The position numbers were made by a program, and so were the translations under genes. 64,000 bases of DNA, from positions 15,500,001 through 15,564,000 of the forward strand of contig NC_043004.1 in the NCBI RefSeq assembly GCF_006345805.1, written 5' to 3'. The notes below the pieces were generated by a model. It was not told the DNA's origin, did no database searches, and saw nothing but the letters and a program-made list of their open reading frames with translations. Positions 27,536 through 41,325 of this stretch are shown in pieces. This DNA comes from Octopus sinensis. Lineage: Eukaryota. Position 1 is the first letter of the stretch. The number at the start of each line of letters is the position of its first letter.

Positions 27536-27651
27536 CATGGTTCTGGGTTCAGTCTCACTGCGTTGCACCTTGGGCCTATAGCCTCGGGCCGACCAAAGCC
27601 TTGTGAGTGGATTTGGAAAACGGAAACAAAAAGAAGCCCGTCGTATATATG

Positions 27652-27684
<33 letters not shown>

Positions 27685-27700
27685 TGTGTGTGTGTGTGTT

Positions 27701-27733
<33 letters not shown>

Positions 27734-27957
27734 CTGTGTCTGTGTGTCTGTGTTTGTCCCCCAACATCGCTTGACAACCGATGCTCGTGTGTTTACGTCC
27801 CCGTAACTTAGTGGTTCGGCAAAGGATACCGAAAGAATAAGTACTAAGCTTAGAAAGAATAAGTCCTGGGGTCGATTTGTTCGACTAAAGGCTATGCTCC
27901 AGCATGGCCGCAGTCAAATGATTGAAACAACTAAAGGTGTAAAGAGTAAAGAGTTAC
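27536..27957 (+). mobile_element. CORE-like SINE, 5'-truncated, with internal (TA)n(TG)n and a complete 3' tail
   Basis: CACCTTGGGC...GAAGCCCGTCGTATAT, then microsatellite, then GACAACCGATGCT...AAGTCCTGGGGTCGATTTGTTCGACTAAAGG...TAAAGAG repeats. Confidence 0.9.
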
Positions 27958-28759
27958 AGTTATGTCCCCTTTGACCGTAAAGTCATCATTACGCTAGTTG
28001 CTATAGAGTAAATGAATAGAAAGGGGTCCGAGGTCCGCGTGACTCAATCTGGACTTGTATAGATGTATTATATATTTGTTTCAACAAATATTAATAAATA
28101 GGGGATTATTAAAAAAGGGCTATGTTTAAAAGGTTACAAGAATGGAAACTATTTAGCTGGATTACTATCAAGGGGTTAATAGATAGAAATGTTATTTCTG
28201 AAACAAAAGGTGATGGAGAATATTTAAATAACAAGTTAAACTGTAAACAATATTTTAAAGCCAGATGGAATATTTAGACGGAATCTCCCTCTGAGCATCT
28301 GGATTTATCCAGTATGTTTTAATAATAGGAACAATGGGATACAAAATGATAATTGAGAAATAGAATTATTGAGTGAAATTGTAAACAAGTCTCGTTGAGC
28401 CAGAAGGAAAAAAATGACATTGACCCCCACCTACCTTTGAATTGAGTTTGGGTACTGAAAGCAAAGGTATGCTAAACAATACCTGCCCAATTTAAGGTTA
28501 AATAATATCTAAATTTAATTGTAATTTTTTCATGGAAATAACAATTGTAAGCTGTAATTGTTTGTAATAATTATACATAACAGTTCTAAGTTATATTGTC
28601 GAATGTAGTTAATGTAGATTCAGTAATATGAAGTGCATTGGGGGACATCTAATTGCTGATCTATATTTAAAGTAAATCAATCTACGTCGATTTCGACGAC
28701 GATGTGCTTTCAGAAGTTTGTAAATTATCTATTAGTTGAATGGTTATAGAAGTAGTATA

Positions 28760-28988
28760 CAGTAATCCCTCGTCATATCGCGGTTCACATATCGTGATCT
28801 TTATTTAAGCTTACGCCGATTGTTCTGAGGTGTTGCTTTGCATTTGTAATAAAGAAAAATAAAACATACACAAGTTATAAAAATAATTTTAAAATGTATG
28901 AATAACAGAATTGCTTCAAATTCACAGATTTTCACCTATCGGGGGTGGTTTTTGGAACGTAACACTCGCGATAGTCGAATTAGTACTG
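28760..28988. mobile_element. pogo/Tigger-like MITE (~230 bp) with TA target duplication
   Basis: TA|CAGTAATCCCTCGTCATATCGCG at the left end and CGCGATAGTCGAATTAGTACTG|TA at the right end are imperfect inverted termini. Confidence 0.7.
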
Positions 28989-29248
28989 TATTCTCCTGAC
29001 CTTGCTCCTTCAGACTACCATTTGTTTCGTAGTTTACAGAATCATTTGGGGGACTGACATGTCAGAGTTCTTCGCTTTGAAACCAAAAGAGTTTTAAATT
29101 GATGGTATTAAAAAAGCTTGTAAATAGACGGAAGGAAGTCATAGATAATCGAAGAAAGTACATTGATGATTAAAGTTCTATTAAATATAACATTTGATCA
29201 CTTGTTTTCTTTATACAAAATTCGGACAGAACTTATGGGATGACCTGA
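28989..29248 (+). mobile_element. mariner 3' end, same TIR family as 5851-6720
   Basis: YSPDLAPSDYHLFRSLQNHL and a terminal ACTTATGGGATGACCTGA|TA, which is the reverse complement of the 5851 TIR. Confidence 0.9.
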
Positions 29249-31143
29249 TACTTCGAATAATTAGGCTGTATGCTAAAGTAATTGATATCTACCAATATTA
29301 TCAAACTTTTGTACATTACATAACGCTTTAATATGTTACACGTTTTTCTGTGCATTTTCTGTAAACTTGCATAAAAACCGACTTCGCCTGAATTTGAACT
29401 CAGAATATAAAGCCTGGCAAAAATACTGCAAATTATGTTGACTGGCACGGCAACGATTCCACAGACTCGCAACTTTGCAGAAGTGGAAAAATAATGCACA
29501 AAAATTCGCTACAACTAAACGTTTATGAATATACACAGTTTGAAACACACATGTACCATATACCTGTCACACAAACACAACCTCTAACAGATCTGTATCC
29601 TTACCATTTGTGAATCACAAAGCCAAGAACACACGTTACATTGATTCGACTACAAACCCATAATTCGACCAGTACCCCGCCCCGTGAACACACATGTACA
29701 AGTAGTCCACAGTGGACACACAGTAAAGAGAAACACACACAAATGCGCATACACTCACGCACAAACAAAACCACACGCCATGCGAATTGGCATCACGTTG
29801 AAAATATACGCAGCAAAATTATATTAAAAAAAACATTAATACTTAAGTAGCTGAAAAAACACATACACACTGGAACGCTTCCCATATAATATTCAAAGAG
29901 AAATACACTTACAGACACCTTCCTTCGAACTTTTCTTGCGTCCGGCTTTCTCTCTTTTTTTCACTTTTCCGGTCATTTTCAAAATAGCACTGATCTTAGT
30001 CACTAGCGTTACCAGTCTGTTTCCAGTCTTCTTTCTTTACTTTTCTTTTTCCTCATGCTTTCTCGGTTTCACTTTCATATAAAGAACTACGTCCAAACTT
30101 TAGAGATATCTCTATTCTTTTTTAACGTTAGCAAAATAAATCAATTTTATCTTTGCCTTTTTTTCATGTGTTGTTTTTTACACTTACGTGTACCAAACAC
30201 TCCGGCGGATCTACTAATTCGCCATTGATTTTCCGCGTCAATTCTTGGAGTTACAACATACCGGATTGCATTTCAGATTAGCGATTCGGATTATAACCGA
30301 CAGTTTTTCTTTCATTTTCTTCTTACCGATTTTCTGCTACTCTTCCCTTCATATTATTTCCCAACCCTTTTTTTCTCTCATATTCTGGCCTAAATGGCTT
30401 CTCTTTCATTCCAGTTTTGCTATTCCTCTGTAAAGTATATTCTCATGGTCTTCCTCTACAATCAATATCACCACCATTCACAACCCATTCCCTTCTTTAC
30501 ATAATCTGTTTCCAACTTTCCTTTCACCTTTCCAACAACTCATTTCCAAAAGCACTTACGCCATCTCTTAAGGTCTGTTTAACCTATCAGCTTCCGCCAC
30601 TAGTACTTTCTTCTTCAATCCAACCATATTTCACCCTCAGTGCACGCTTTCTTATGCATGGTTGAATCAGTTTAACATTTTACGAAATCTGCTCACTTTG
30701 TCGTAACCTTTACCAAGGTTATCTCATTGTCCTCTCTCTCCATTGCATGCAACACCTCTCCTATTTTATTGGCTTCTTTATCCAGCAACTTGTTTAGCTG
30801 GTATTTTCCTTACTTGTTTTTACAACACCAAACACTAGTCACTCCTTAAAGAATTGCGCAATACAAAATGCAATGGAAATCGCACGAAAATCACTCTTCT
30901 CCATTTACACCAGTCATAAACTCGACATTCTTTTCTGAAACCCAGCGTAACCTTTTAGGATGGGGTCCGTTTCCTAAATGTCTCCGGCCACATTTTTCTT
31001 GGTTTAATTTCTAACACGGTGTTGTGTGGTAACAAACGTAGTTTTCACACACACAGTTCATACATGGTAAATTTAATCAAATCTTCCATACACAAACACT
31101 CATATACACACGCCTCTAAATGCATACACATGCATGTACGCAT

Positions 31144-31300
31144 GTGGGTGCGTGGTAAGAAGTTTGCTTCCGAAAATGACGGTTCGAGGTTCAATCTCAC
31201 TGCATGGAAAGTGGGAAATGTGTTTTCTTCTAGAAACCTCGTCTCTCCAAAGCCTTGCAAGGTGATTCGGTAGGCGGCGTAAACTGAGAAACATTTTGTA
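31144..31300 (+). mobile_element. Old CORE-like SINE 5' half
   Basis: GTGGTAAGAAGTTTGCTTCC...GGTTCAATCTCACTGC...CCAAAGCCTTG followed by microsatellite. Confidence 0.6.
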
Positions 31301-31318
31301 TATATATATACATACATG

Positions 31319-31399
<81 letters not shown>

Positions 31400-31406
<7 letters not shown>

Positions 31407-31620
31407 GAAATCTATAGGAAAACAAAATACGAAGATAGTTGTATGAACAAAAACCAAGTGTACTAGTGTGACGGACGCTCGGGAAAAATGAAGGACACCT
31501 TTACGTTTCGACCCTACACTCTTCAACAGAAAGGGATAAGAGAAAATAAACAGAGAGTATGAAAAACATAACCGTAGTTTGGTGGGTTTACGTAGCCGTA
31601 ACCTGGCGGTTCGACCCAAA
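31400..31620 (-). mobile_element. Probable PLE terminal-repeat fragment containing a variant hammerhead motif (31498-31535)
   Basis: Minus strand reads CCCUUU-CUGUUGA-A-GAGUGUAGGGUC-GAAAC-GUA-AAGG. It abuts (TA)n. Confidence 0.45.
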
Positions 31621-32379
31621 AGATGTTTAGAATACCTATCAGACTTAAAGAATTATAAGTACTGGTGTGTCTGTGTGCGCGTGTATGTGTGCGTGTGTCA
31701 GTGTGTGTGTGCTACCATTAACGAATGTTCAACCTAACTGAATATGTCATACGATCTCTTCATTATACAGTGCTCACTAATAGCGAATGTTTACAAGCTT
31801 TGCATTCGGTTACAGTTAAGGAAGTTGCTAAGGTGCTTCAATATTTCAGAGTCAACACCATAGAAACCTCAATAGTTATGTCATTATACAATCGTAAAAT
31901 AATTATTCAGGCCATAAGACGTCGATGCTCCAAGAGGTGCTTCGAGATAAATGACATGCAAAATCAAAACGCGTCTCATTCAGAGAAGAATAATGAGAAA
32001 AAGGAAATGTTGACATATAAAGGGGAAATACGATCTGTAAATAATGAGCGAAAAATAAGAGAATTATGAAGACAAAAATTAGACATAAAATTAAAAGATA
32101 TATGAATTTAAAAGATAAAAGCGAAATGAGAGAAGTAAAATGTTATTGAGATGAATGGGCTTATAGACTGGGATTAACTAAAGAAGGTATTGAGATCGTG
32201 ACGTATTTCAAAGGACGTCGACATTTGCATGCTCATACTCACACGCACCCATACACATATACATACATACGCAAACGCACGCACACGCACACACACATAC
32301 ACACGAACACACACTTATTATTCTTAATCCTGTGCCAGGCAACAGTTTGCAACTACTAAGGAACTAGTTAAACTATCAG

Positions 32380-34330
32380 AGATACGTGCCAATGTCGGTT
32401 GCCAAATCAACTTTCGAAAGTAATACAATACTTGACACAATCAAGAGCATACACTTGCCATCATGCTTCTACATATCAAACCTTAGGCAGCCTCTAGACT
32501 ACTTATGCAAAATCTTCATCTAAAAAATCAAAGTACCAACTCCAGCAATACGTACATACATTACCGACACACTTCCAAAATTAATTTTAACCCTAAAGTC
32601 ACTGCTCCAGAAAAGAACCGCTGCTAGAAATTGATGTTATTACAGTCGCCTCGTTCTTGTGAAGAAACGCCTAAAACGAAAACTCCTATGGCTTTGCGAG
32701 AGACACCACCGGAACAACGATTCTTCACGCTACAACAGAGACAGTCAGGGAAATACCACAACTGAGGTCAGCGAAGCTTCAAACAATATCACAACTCTCG
32801 TAACAGACATGACATGGTCGCTATCACACGAGGAACTTATACTCCTGAGCTTTGGCCCTAAATTTACATTAAATCAGAGATTTAGAAGACAGAATGAAAC
32901 TAAATCTTGAAGCCAGCTTTTGCCTAGCTGCCTACCAACTCAAATGGCTCTCCGTAATAAACACTGCTATTACGATGAATAACATAAAATTTCCTCATCA
33001 AAAATCCCCCAAACCAACGTTCATCTACAGATTAAACCATCTCCAGTATAGACGGACCCCTGTATAAAATCTCCTGGTTCCTCTCCCAGATTCTCATGCC
33101 TATGATTGCTTCTTTTCCTGGACATGTCAGCAACCCCTACGCAGTCATACGAAGACTACATCAAATACAAGATGAGCGACTTAAACTCAACAGATATGTC
33201 TGTACCCTCGATGTTATCTCCCTCTACACGACAATACACGCACGTACTACAGTAAACTTAGCAACTGAGTGCATCATTTCATGCAACATATACTGATTTG
33301 ACCTCACTCAACAAGACACATCAGCTTCTATCAGTCATCGTTGAAAATATTCATTTCACTTTCTACCAACACACCTAAATGAACTAGAACGTTGAGCGTC
33401 AGCACCTGTCACTCTTGTGGTTTCTTCACCCGATGATATACAGAGATGATATACATAAATGATATACTCATCCTGACACCATCCAATGAAGAGACTGAGA
33501 AAATATCCACGACATTTTCAAAAACAGATAACAACATACGATTTACCACAGAGCACACCGAGGAAAATATTACTTCGTCTCTAATGGACTTGCAACTTAG
33601 GAAAGCAGATGAAGTTATTATATACACCAACTTCTATAAGAAAGCTGCCAGCAGAGACGTGTTTGTGCATTATAGATCAGTCCTTCCTCTTGGTTCTAAA
33701 ACCGGATATATAAGAAATGTAACAAGACAGAGGACCAGGTCACTCACACTGCACACTTCATAGATATACTGAAGATGAATGGTTACCCAACATCCACTGT
33801 GAATCGACTTAATAATCGAAGGCATCACAGTTATAAGACCTCCTCTAATACCTGCTTCATGAAACTACCAAATTTTAGCGAAAGTATAACCACAACTATC
33901 CCCTGAGGTATCAGCATAGAAGGACTGGATATAGACTTAGCACACCCCGGTCCATCTCCGCGTGGATACCTGTCTAAAAAGCAATCTAGTGACAACAACA
34001 GTCAACACTCGCTGACTAACCGCCCTATCCACAATACAGGTGTGTGCCAGCGGGCACATGTGGTATACCGGATTAAATGTAAGAAATGTAAGGAGTTCTA
34101 CATTTGTAGCATGAATCAAACAGTCCACACTTGCATTAAACAACACCTGAACATACGCGCATCATTCATTAAAGAAGCACATTGAGAAATATAGAAACAT
34201 CAAGCACCACATTATCGTTACCATTAAAGCCTGTGATAGAAATGTGGGCAACTTACGAATTAAAGAAGCCTTGCTCATACATATACTCAATCCGCAAAAA
34301 ATAATACATTAGAACTCAACAGATAGTACT
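32380..34330 (+). mobile_element. Penelope-like element: decayed RT plus C-terminal GIY-YIG endonuclease
   Basis: LSHEELILLSFGPKF (~32820), TLDVISLYTTI (~33205), YINDILI...NIRFTTEHTEEN...YKK...HYRSVLP (33446-33763), VVYRIKCKKCKEFYI (~34060), and LRIKEALLI (~34255). Confidence 0.9.
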
Positions 34331-34548
34331 TGACATTAAAGACAAACCCACAGGCACAGAATCTAAACATATTATACAAAAAAGAAAACTGAGTTCGCGA
34401 AATTTTATATTGATAATTGATGTCATTCACGTGGAAAGCGAAATAACCATTAAAAACGCTTGAAAACGACTTAAGAAAAAAATTTTCTCACAATCAAAAT
34501 TTTATCCCAAAGAAAAGAAATTGGAACATTATCCCATGAATGTTCCTT

Positions 34549-34595
34549 AAACTCTGATGAAAGGACTTTTACGTCCAGAAATATTGGACAGAGAA
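34549..34595 (+). ncRNA. Degenerate hammerhead-like motif just 3' of the PLE
   Basis: CUGAUGA-AA-GGAC(UUUUAC)GUCC-A-GAAA-UAUU. The core and stem II are clear; stems I and III are weak. Confidence 0.4.
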
Positions 34596-34699
34596 AAGAA
34601 GAACAGCAACAACAATAAAAAACACATAACAAAGATTAGCAGGTAACTTACTTTTAATTTGATGTTAACTTAGTAGATGTACTTCTTTACACTTTTTCG

Positions 34700-34945
34700 C
34701 GGTCGGCGGATCGCAGTTTCGACTCCCAGACCGAGCGTTGTGTGTGTTTATTGAGCGAAAACACCTAAAACTTCCACCAGGTTCCGGCGGGGGAGGGGGG
34801 CACCCCTGTCATACACTTTCGCCCCAACTCTTTCTTCCTGTTTCTTGAGTAACGCTACGATGGACTGGCGTCCCGTCCAGCTGAGGGGAACACATACGCC
34901 ACAGAAACCGGGAAACCAAGCCCATGACCCTGGCTAGGCTTGAAA
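34700..34945 (+). mobile_element. tRNA-derived SINE with a V-domain-like segment
   Basis: GTTTCGACTCCC...TTGAGCGAAAACACC...CGATGGACTGGCGTCCCGTCCAG...CCACAGAAACCGG. GATGGACTGGCGTCCCGTCCAG is recalled as V-SINE-like. Confidence 0.65.
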
Positions 34946-37146
34946 AGGGCGACGTTTATCGTTTTTTAATTTAAAATAAATATTTTCACGAAAAATATAA
35001 AAGTGTCCCAGGAGTAGAATACTCATAAACTTGATGCAGAGAAGCATCTCTGAATGAATGACAATCTGATAATGAAAGGCATTTTAATTCGTGCTTGACA
35101 CAAAAACCTACCTATTCCATATGCTAACATTGATTTCTAAATGTAAATTTAAAATGCTTGTAAGACTACAAATACCAGATTGTATTATGAAAAAGCACGA
35201 ATTTTTAACATTAAATTTTAATCCACGATAACATCTTATATTATTATTTTTTTATTATATTTAGAAGAACACAGGTTATCCTTAGTAATAGCAATTCGCT
35301 TCTGTACCGATTGTTGACACAGCACTTCTCATTCTTTAAACGGAATTTCTAAAAACAAATACGTCATTTACTTGATGGATGATTCACTTGGAATAATGTC
35401 TGAAAATATTGAGAAATGCAGAGATCAATGAGTTAAAGTCCACAAACATTCTATATCTACAAATTCATATCTTTCCGGCAGTACATTTAGATTTTTTTCT
35501 TTAAAAAAAATGTCTTTCCAAATTACTATATTGCCTATAATAAATATTTCTCATTGACGTACTTGAAACATGTGAGTAGAACGAGCTATCGAACAATGAG
35601 ACCAATAAAATCAGTTGGCTATATATATTGACATCACTCGTAAAACAAATATACTGAACCTACAATGCATTTCATGTAATAATAAACTGTAGCTAGAGAA
35701 CAGATGGATGTGTTATCGTTAAATCCTTCAAACAATCAGAGTGTCAATGTCATTCAAGTATAAACTGATACTAATAACGCATTGCAAAAGAGCTGACCGT
35801 AAAAGTTTCCTCAGCAACTGCGCCAACTACTAAAGAATTGTCAGAGAAATAATGACATTTATACATTAGTATTAACAAAGGAAATATGCACACGCACTAG
35901 CCATAACTTTATTCATCAAACAAATAACATCTACGCTCGCGGGCAACAGGAATTTACAGCAACACGCTTTTTAAATGCAATAGGAGACACAACATATAAC
36001 ACAGCTAGACAGGAAAATATTGAACTGATAGCGAAACTAATATATAGAACCTTTCAACATGCTACAATAAGAATCATTAAATGTACTTTAACGTCAATGT
36101 ACAGCGTAGAAATTAACATAAATAACGCTGCTTTGTAGCACAGAAACTAAAGTTTGATTGCTAGCATATATTTAGCATTTAACTCTTAACATTTCGCCTT
36201 TAGCAATATGGCCGTCTTTAGCGCAACGCTAATCACGTGCTTTTTACAGGTTTGCAATAACGCATACACTTCATGCAGAATGCCGAGAAAGGGTGATGTG
36301 ACTAGAAACCTAATTATTGAAAATAGAAAAACAAACTCGAAAATAACAAGAATAAGAAAATACGATATCATTTATCAAAATATAAAGTTTTAGCACAAAC
36401 CACGTTTTGCTCGTTCTAGCTACCAGGTCTCTGTCCAATAATCTCTCACATTTTCCGTCTATCATTATTGATATCCTGTATCCTGGTACGTCTTACCCAC
36501 TCTGCACAACGCAACTTTATGCAAATATTTACTATTTTATTTTGTATTTCTATATTAGATGCATGAGTCTGACGATGCGGGGGAATATATATTTATATCA
36601 CAAAATGAAGGCAATTACTTCATTTCACCTGATCAAAGTTATCCATCAATAGGTGACCAGACATATTGATTTATAACCAGCATGAAATATTTTGATGTTA
36701 TATTGGTCTCCTCTAACGGAGTAAGTGAATGATCAATGAAATAGGTCGAACACACACACGCAAGCACAGACAAATACACACACAAACACACATATATACA
36801 CGCATACATATATACATTTAAATATACATAAATACATATACAGAGATATTCATCTACATCTTGATAGTCTTATCATTGCTATTATTATTACTATTATTAT
36901 TAATATTTTTATTATTATTATTATTATTATTATGACCTAACTGAGATAAAAATACACTAACAAAATTACAATTGTAATTGGACATACAACTCAATACATG
37001 TGGCAAATAAAAACAATTCTGAGACAATATTTGATTTGTTGGTCATCGAGTTTTGAACTGATTATACACACATGTACATACATACATACATACACACACA
37101 CACGCATATATATATATATACATATAGATAGATAGATAGATAAATT

Positions 37147-37225
<79 letters not shown>

Positions 37226-37655
37226 TTATATATATATATATACATGAAGAAAATATACATATGTATGTACCCTTTTATATATACGGATATGTACATATAT
37301 ATATATACTTATACATATACATAAGCATTTAAGTATACACAGATATGTATAGATATGAATGTGTGTATATAGATCTATGTTCGTGCGTTCGTGTGTGCAT
37401 ATGTGTGCGCTGTTGCTTGTTCCTGTATACGTGTGAGTGTGAGTGCTTGTCTGTATTTCACCTCTTCATTGATTTGTGAGAATACTGAGGATCCACTGGG
37501 ATCACTTCAATCAAATGTAGACATTTCCTTTGTGCAAACTGGCCCAGTGCCTGACATGAAAATTACAGATGCACTTATTGATGTAAATAAATACGCAAAC
37601 ACACACACTATCCAACAAAGAAAAAAACACAAATATATATATATATGTAGGTATG

Positions 37656-37686
<31 letters not shown>

Positions 37687-37946
37687 GTATATATGTATGT
37701 ATATATTTATCTATATATATGTATATGTGTGTATGCATGTATGTATGTGTGTATGTATATATATGAATGCATACATATATATGTATGTATATGTGTGTGT
37801 ATACATATATATCTGTGTATCTATCTTTGTATGTACTTATCCATCTGCTTCTCTTTCTCTCTCTATGTATTTATTTATCTAACGTTGGAAATACACACAC
37901 ACACATACGAGTGCACACACACATACACACACACACACACACACAC

Positions 37947-37992
<46 letters not shown>

Positions 37993-40372
37993 CGTGGTTT
38001 TTTTTTATCAGTCATGTTGTTGTTGCTATTGTTGTTGTATCTATGCTCAATAACTCTGCTTGTGTTGTTGATAGAAGCAAATTGGAATATTTCCATCAGA
38101 AACATTGTAGTGAAAAGGGAAGAATATTTTCAGAGAACAAAGGTTTATTGTATTGATATATTTAGAAAACGGACATAGGAATATATACTATGTCTCTGTT
38201 GGAACGTATACACATATACACATTCACATACTAGCAAACAGCGCAAATAGAATTACACGTATATCCTCACACAGAAACATAAATGCGATGAGGAACATAC
38301 ATGAGTACACGCGCGCGCGCACACACGCACAAATATATATCTATACATATACATATATTATGTCTAAATAGATAAGCACAACACATCAAGTGACAGATGA
38401 AGACGAATAGGCAGAGATGTACTTTCAATAAACGTGGATGGAGGTACATATAAAAGACACATATAATGTGTGTCTGTGTGTACAAACATATATGTGAGTG
38501 TTTTGTGTCTATGTGTATGGAATGGTTTGTTTCTTTCAATAATAGAAATGTTCATTTTCATTTTCATTTTCAGGCATATTATGTGAATTCTACAAATTAC
38601 AATATATAAATAACAAGATTAACTAACTGATATTGTCTGAGAATAATTTTTATGAACTTGTAAATTCGTTTCCATTCATTCGTGTTTCTTCTGTATAAAC
38701 TTATAATTTTTAAATGCAAAGTATATTTAAATCAATAGAATATTGAATTCAAAATTATAGTAATTGCACTCAAATGCGTGTGCATTTACATACATTCTTG
38801 AAGATATATCACCACATGTTCATTTGAATACTTAAGCCGAGAGGCCCAAATTCTATAATGCCATCGGTCTATTCATCTTCATTGCTTATTTATTCCTATG
38901 AATATCGTTAAGTGCAAACTCTTCAGCCTCGTTCTTCAAATCTCCTATTAGAAAAAGCTGTGGGCAAAGATCAATTGAGGCTATAAATATTTTCTAGAGA
39001 TGACACTCGAACTCTACGTCAGGGTTTCACGACGCCTGGGTTTACCGGTAGAAATATTTCCGCCATTGTTCATTCATACAATTTAACCGCATGGCTTTAG
39101 TTCCATGAAGCAATTCTTTGAACTGGATGAAATCCCTCACTTACGAACTATGCGTTTTATCGATTACATCAGCTACTCTTAAGAGGATCTTCATTTCGCC
39201 ACTGTACATTGACCATCTTAATTTTCCATTACTAAGATTCACGGCGTTAATTGTAGGCATGGAAAGAAAATTGTCGATGGCGATTTGACGTTTTCACATA
39301 CATCCTTTCTCCTTTATAACGGCGTATTGAAGCTGGTATATTAATGATCCTTCGCCAGAAAAACTTGCTTGCTTCCGATTCAGTCGACTGCTTACCATCA
39401 TTCATGAAAACAACTCCAGGTTACATACACTTATCTCTTGGCTTTGAGTAGGTTCTCTGAAATATAAAATACTATATTCCTCGATGAAAATATTTGAATT
39501 TTTCAATGAAAATATTTGAATTTTTTTTCCTATAACTCAAGTAATTTCCATACTTTCATTGAAAGGATTATACTGCTGTATGCATTGTTTATTTAAATTT
39601 TTGCTTTTATATGGATATTATAATTTAACATTAAAACAGCATTTTTTTATTTCACTAAGACAGGTAAGTTTTTCTCGGTTGATCATATGTCTTTCATTTA
39701 AAATGTATCCATGAGAAATTGTTTGGATCACATAATTTAGCTTATGAATGATTCATGCTGATATTGTTTTAGCCAATGATAAGTAAAGATAAAATCTGAT
39801 AAGTAAAGATAAAATAATAGCAGTCCTCTATAAAACTACTATGATATGTGAGAGGAATCAGTCTTTTTCTCTGTTTTCTGTCTTTCGTACCCCACTCTAT
39901 CTCAGTCTACCTCTCTCTCTCTCACTATATCTTTCTTATTCTGTGTGACTCCATTGCATGTTTCCATTAACTTCTAATCTACTTGCACGCCCAAGATGGT
40001 ACCCCAACCTTAATTGACATGTGTTTAACATTTTTAAAATATTTTTATCATTACATCAAGTGTGATATTTGAACATATTTATTTGTTTTCCTTGTAAAAT
40101 GTATTCCTGGTAATGTTTGTGAGCTGATAATATCGCATGTCATCTCATCAACTTTTAAATCGATGTAGCGAAAGAAAATATTTCGATCTAGTATAAGTAG
40201 TATCAATATCTCCTTCGTGTTGTGATTAGCTCTCTAGATCATAGAGTGCTTTCACAGCTGACCTGCTGGTAAACAGCAACTAAAACAAAAGCAGAGTTTA
40301 AATTTCTATCAAACTGTATATATAAAAATATATGCGTGTGTGCGAGTATATATATATAAATACGCATTCAAC

Positions 40373-40441
<69 letters not shown>

Positions 40442-40467
40442 AAAAAAGCAACAAGAATGGGTTAAAA

Positions 40468-40552
40468 TATCAGTACAATTGTTTCGTACGAGGACATCTT
40501 TAATAAGCTACAAAAAATGCAGTAAATATAGATGGCTCGTACTCGTCAGCCG
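40468..40552 (-). ncRNA. Type I hammerhead ribozyme motif with a canonical core and extended stem II
   Basis: UCGG-CUGACGA-GUACGAG(...)CUCGUAC-GAAAC-AAUUGUA^CUGA. Stem II is a perfect 7 bp extended by CAUCU/AGAUG. Stem III is the palindrome ACAAUUGU, the triplet is GUA, and stem I is 4 bp. Confidence 0.75.
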
Positions 40553-40746
40553 AAAAAACATCAGAGATTCCCAAACATCAAAAGGGTAGATACAAAAGAG
40601 GGTCTGAGTTTAACTGCATTGAAGAAAGTTCGATTCCTGGGGATCCGATGAAAGGTCTTGAACTTACAGAATATGTGCATGTCCATATATAGTTCATAGT
40701 GAATTGTTAATATATATATATATATTCTTAGTGATTAGAGTGTTTA

Positions 40747-41325
40747 GCGAAAGAATGTATCTGGTGGACGCGCCTGAAAGGATTAGAGACAAACATTTTC
40801 CTCTCTGGTCAATCTCTCATCAACTTCTTCAAGTATCACTTGAAAAGGAAAGTGAGAGTAGAGAGGCAAGTTTTGTCTAGTGAATGTTTTTAAAAACGAT
40901 GGGTGAATGTAGCAGGGATGGCACGTATGAACGACGAAGCCACCTTGAGGATGATCCTATGAACGGTAAAAATTTAATACAGAGAGTTACTTATTTGTAA
41001 ACAAAAAAAAATGTAACATGTGACTTCATTGACCGAGGTTACCGTGGTCTTTTCTGTAGGCTTTTCTTTCCACTGATAAACCTCACCTGTCTTCACCTTT
41101 ACACTTTATATTAACATTTCTGTGATAACGATCCCTATTGATCGATTTTTTCTTTTTCCTTTTATTTTTACCCCCCCCTTTTTTGCTTTTGTTTTCCCCT
41201 TTCTTTCCTTTTACGATCCCTTTTGATCGACAACCAACCCCCCATTTTTATCCCCAAAATAAAAGCTCTACCTTGTAATTCGTCATGTCTGTGTGCAGCC
41301 CTGTGTGGCTAATAAAGAAACATAT
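40747..41325 (+). mobile_element. L1/Tx1-clade LINE 3' end: ORF2 C-terminus, 3' UTR and AATAAAGAAA tail
   Basis: AKECIWWTRLKG...LINFFKYHLKRKVRVER...F*KRWVNV...IL* (stop at 40960-40962) resembles the Tx1/L1 ORF2 C-terminal AKxxIWxxR...FxxxW pattern. A pyrimidine-rich UTR follows. A second copy is at 21247. Confidence 0.65.

Noticed and set aside
29870-30900. Purine-rich minus-strand stretch resembling a LINE ORF1 esterase (RDGV)
   Set aside because: Many stops and only one short motif.
39480-39820. 20-22-bp micro tandem duplications (also ~48460 and ~54750)
   Set aside because: Ordinary slippage events in AT-rich DNA.
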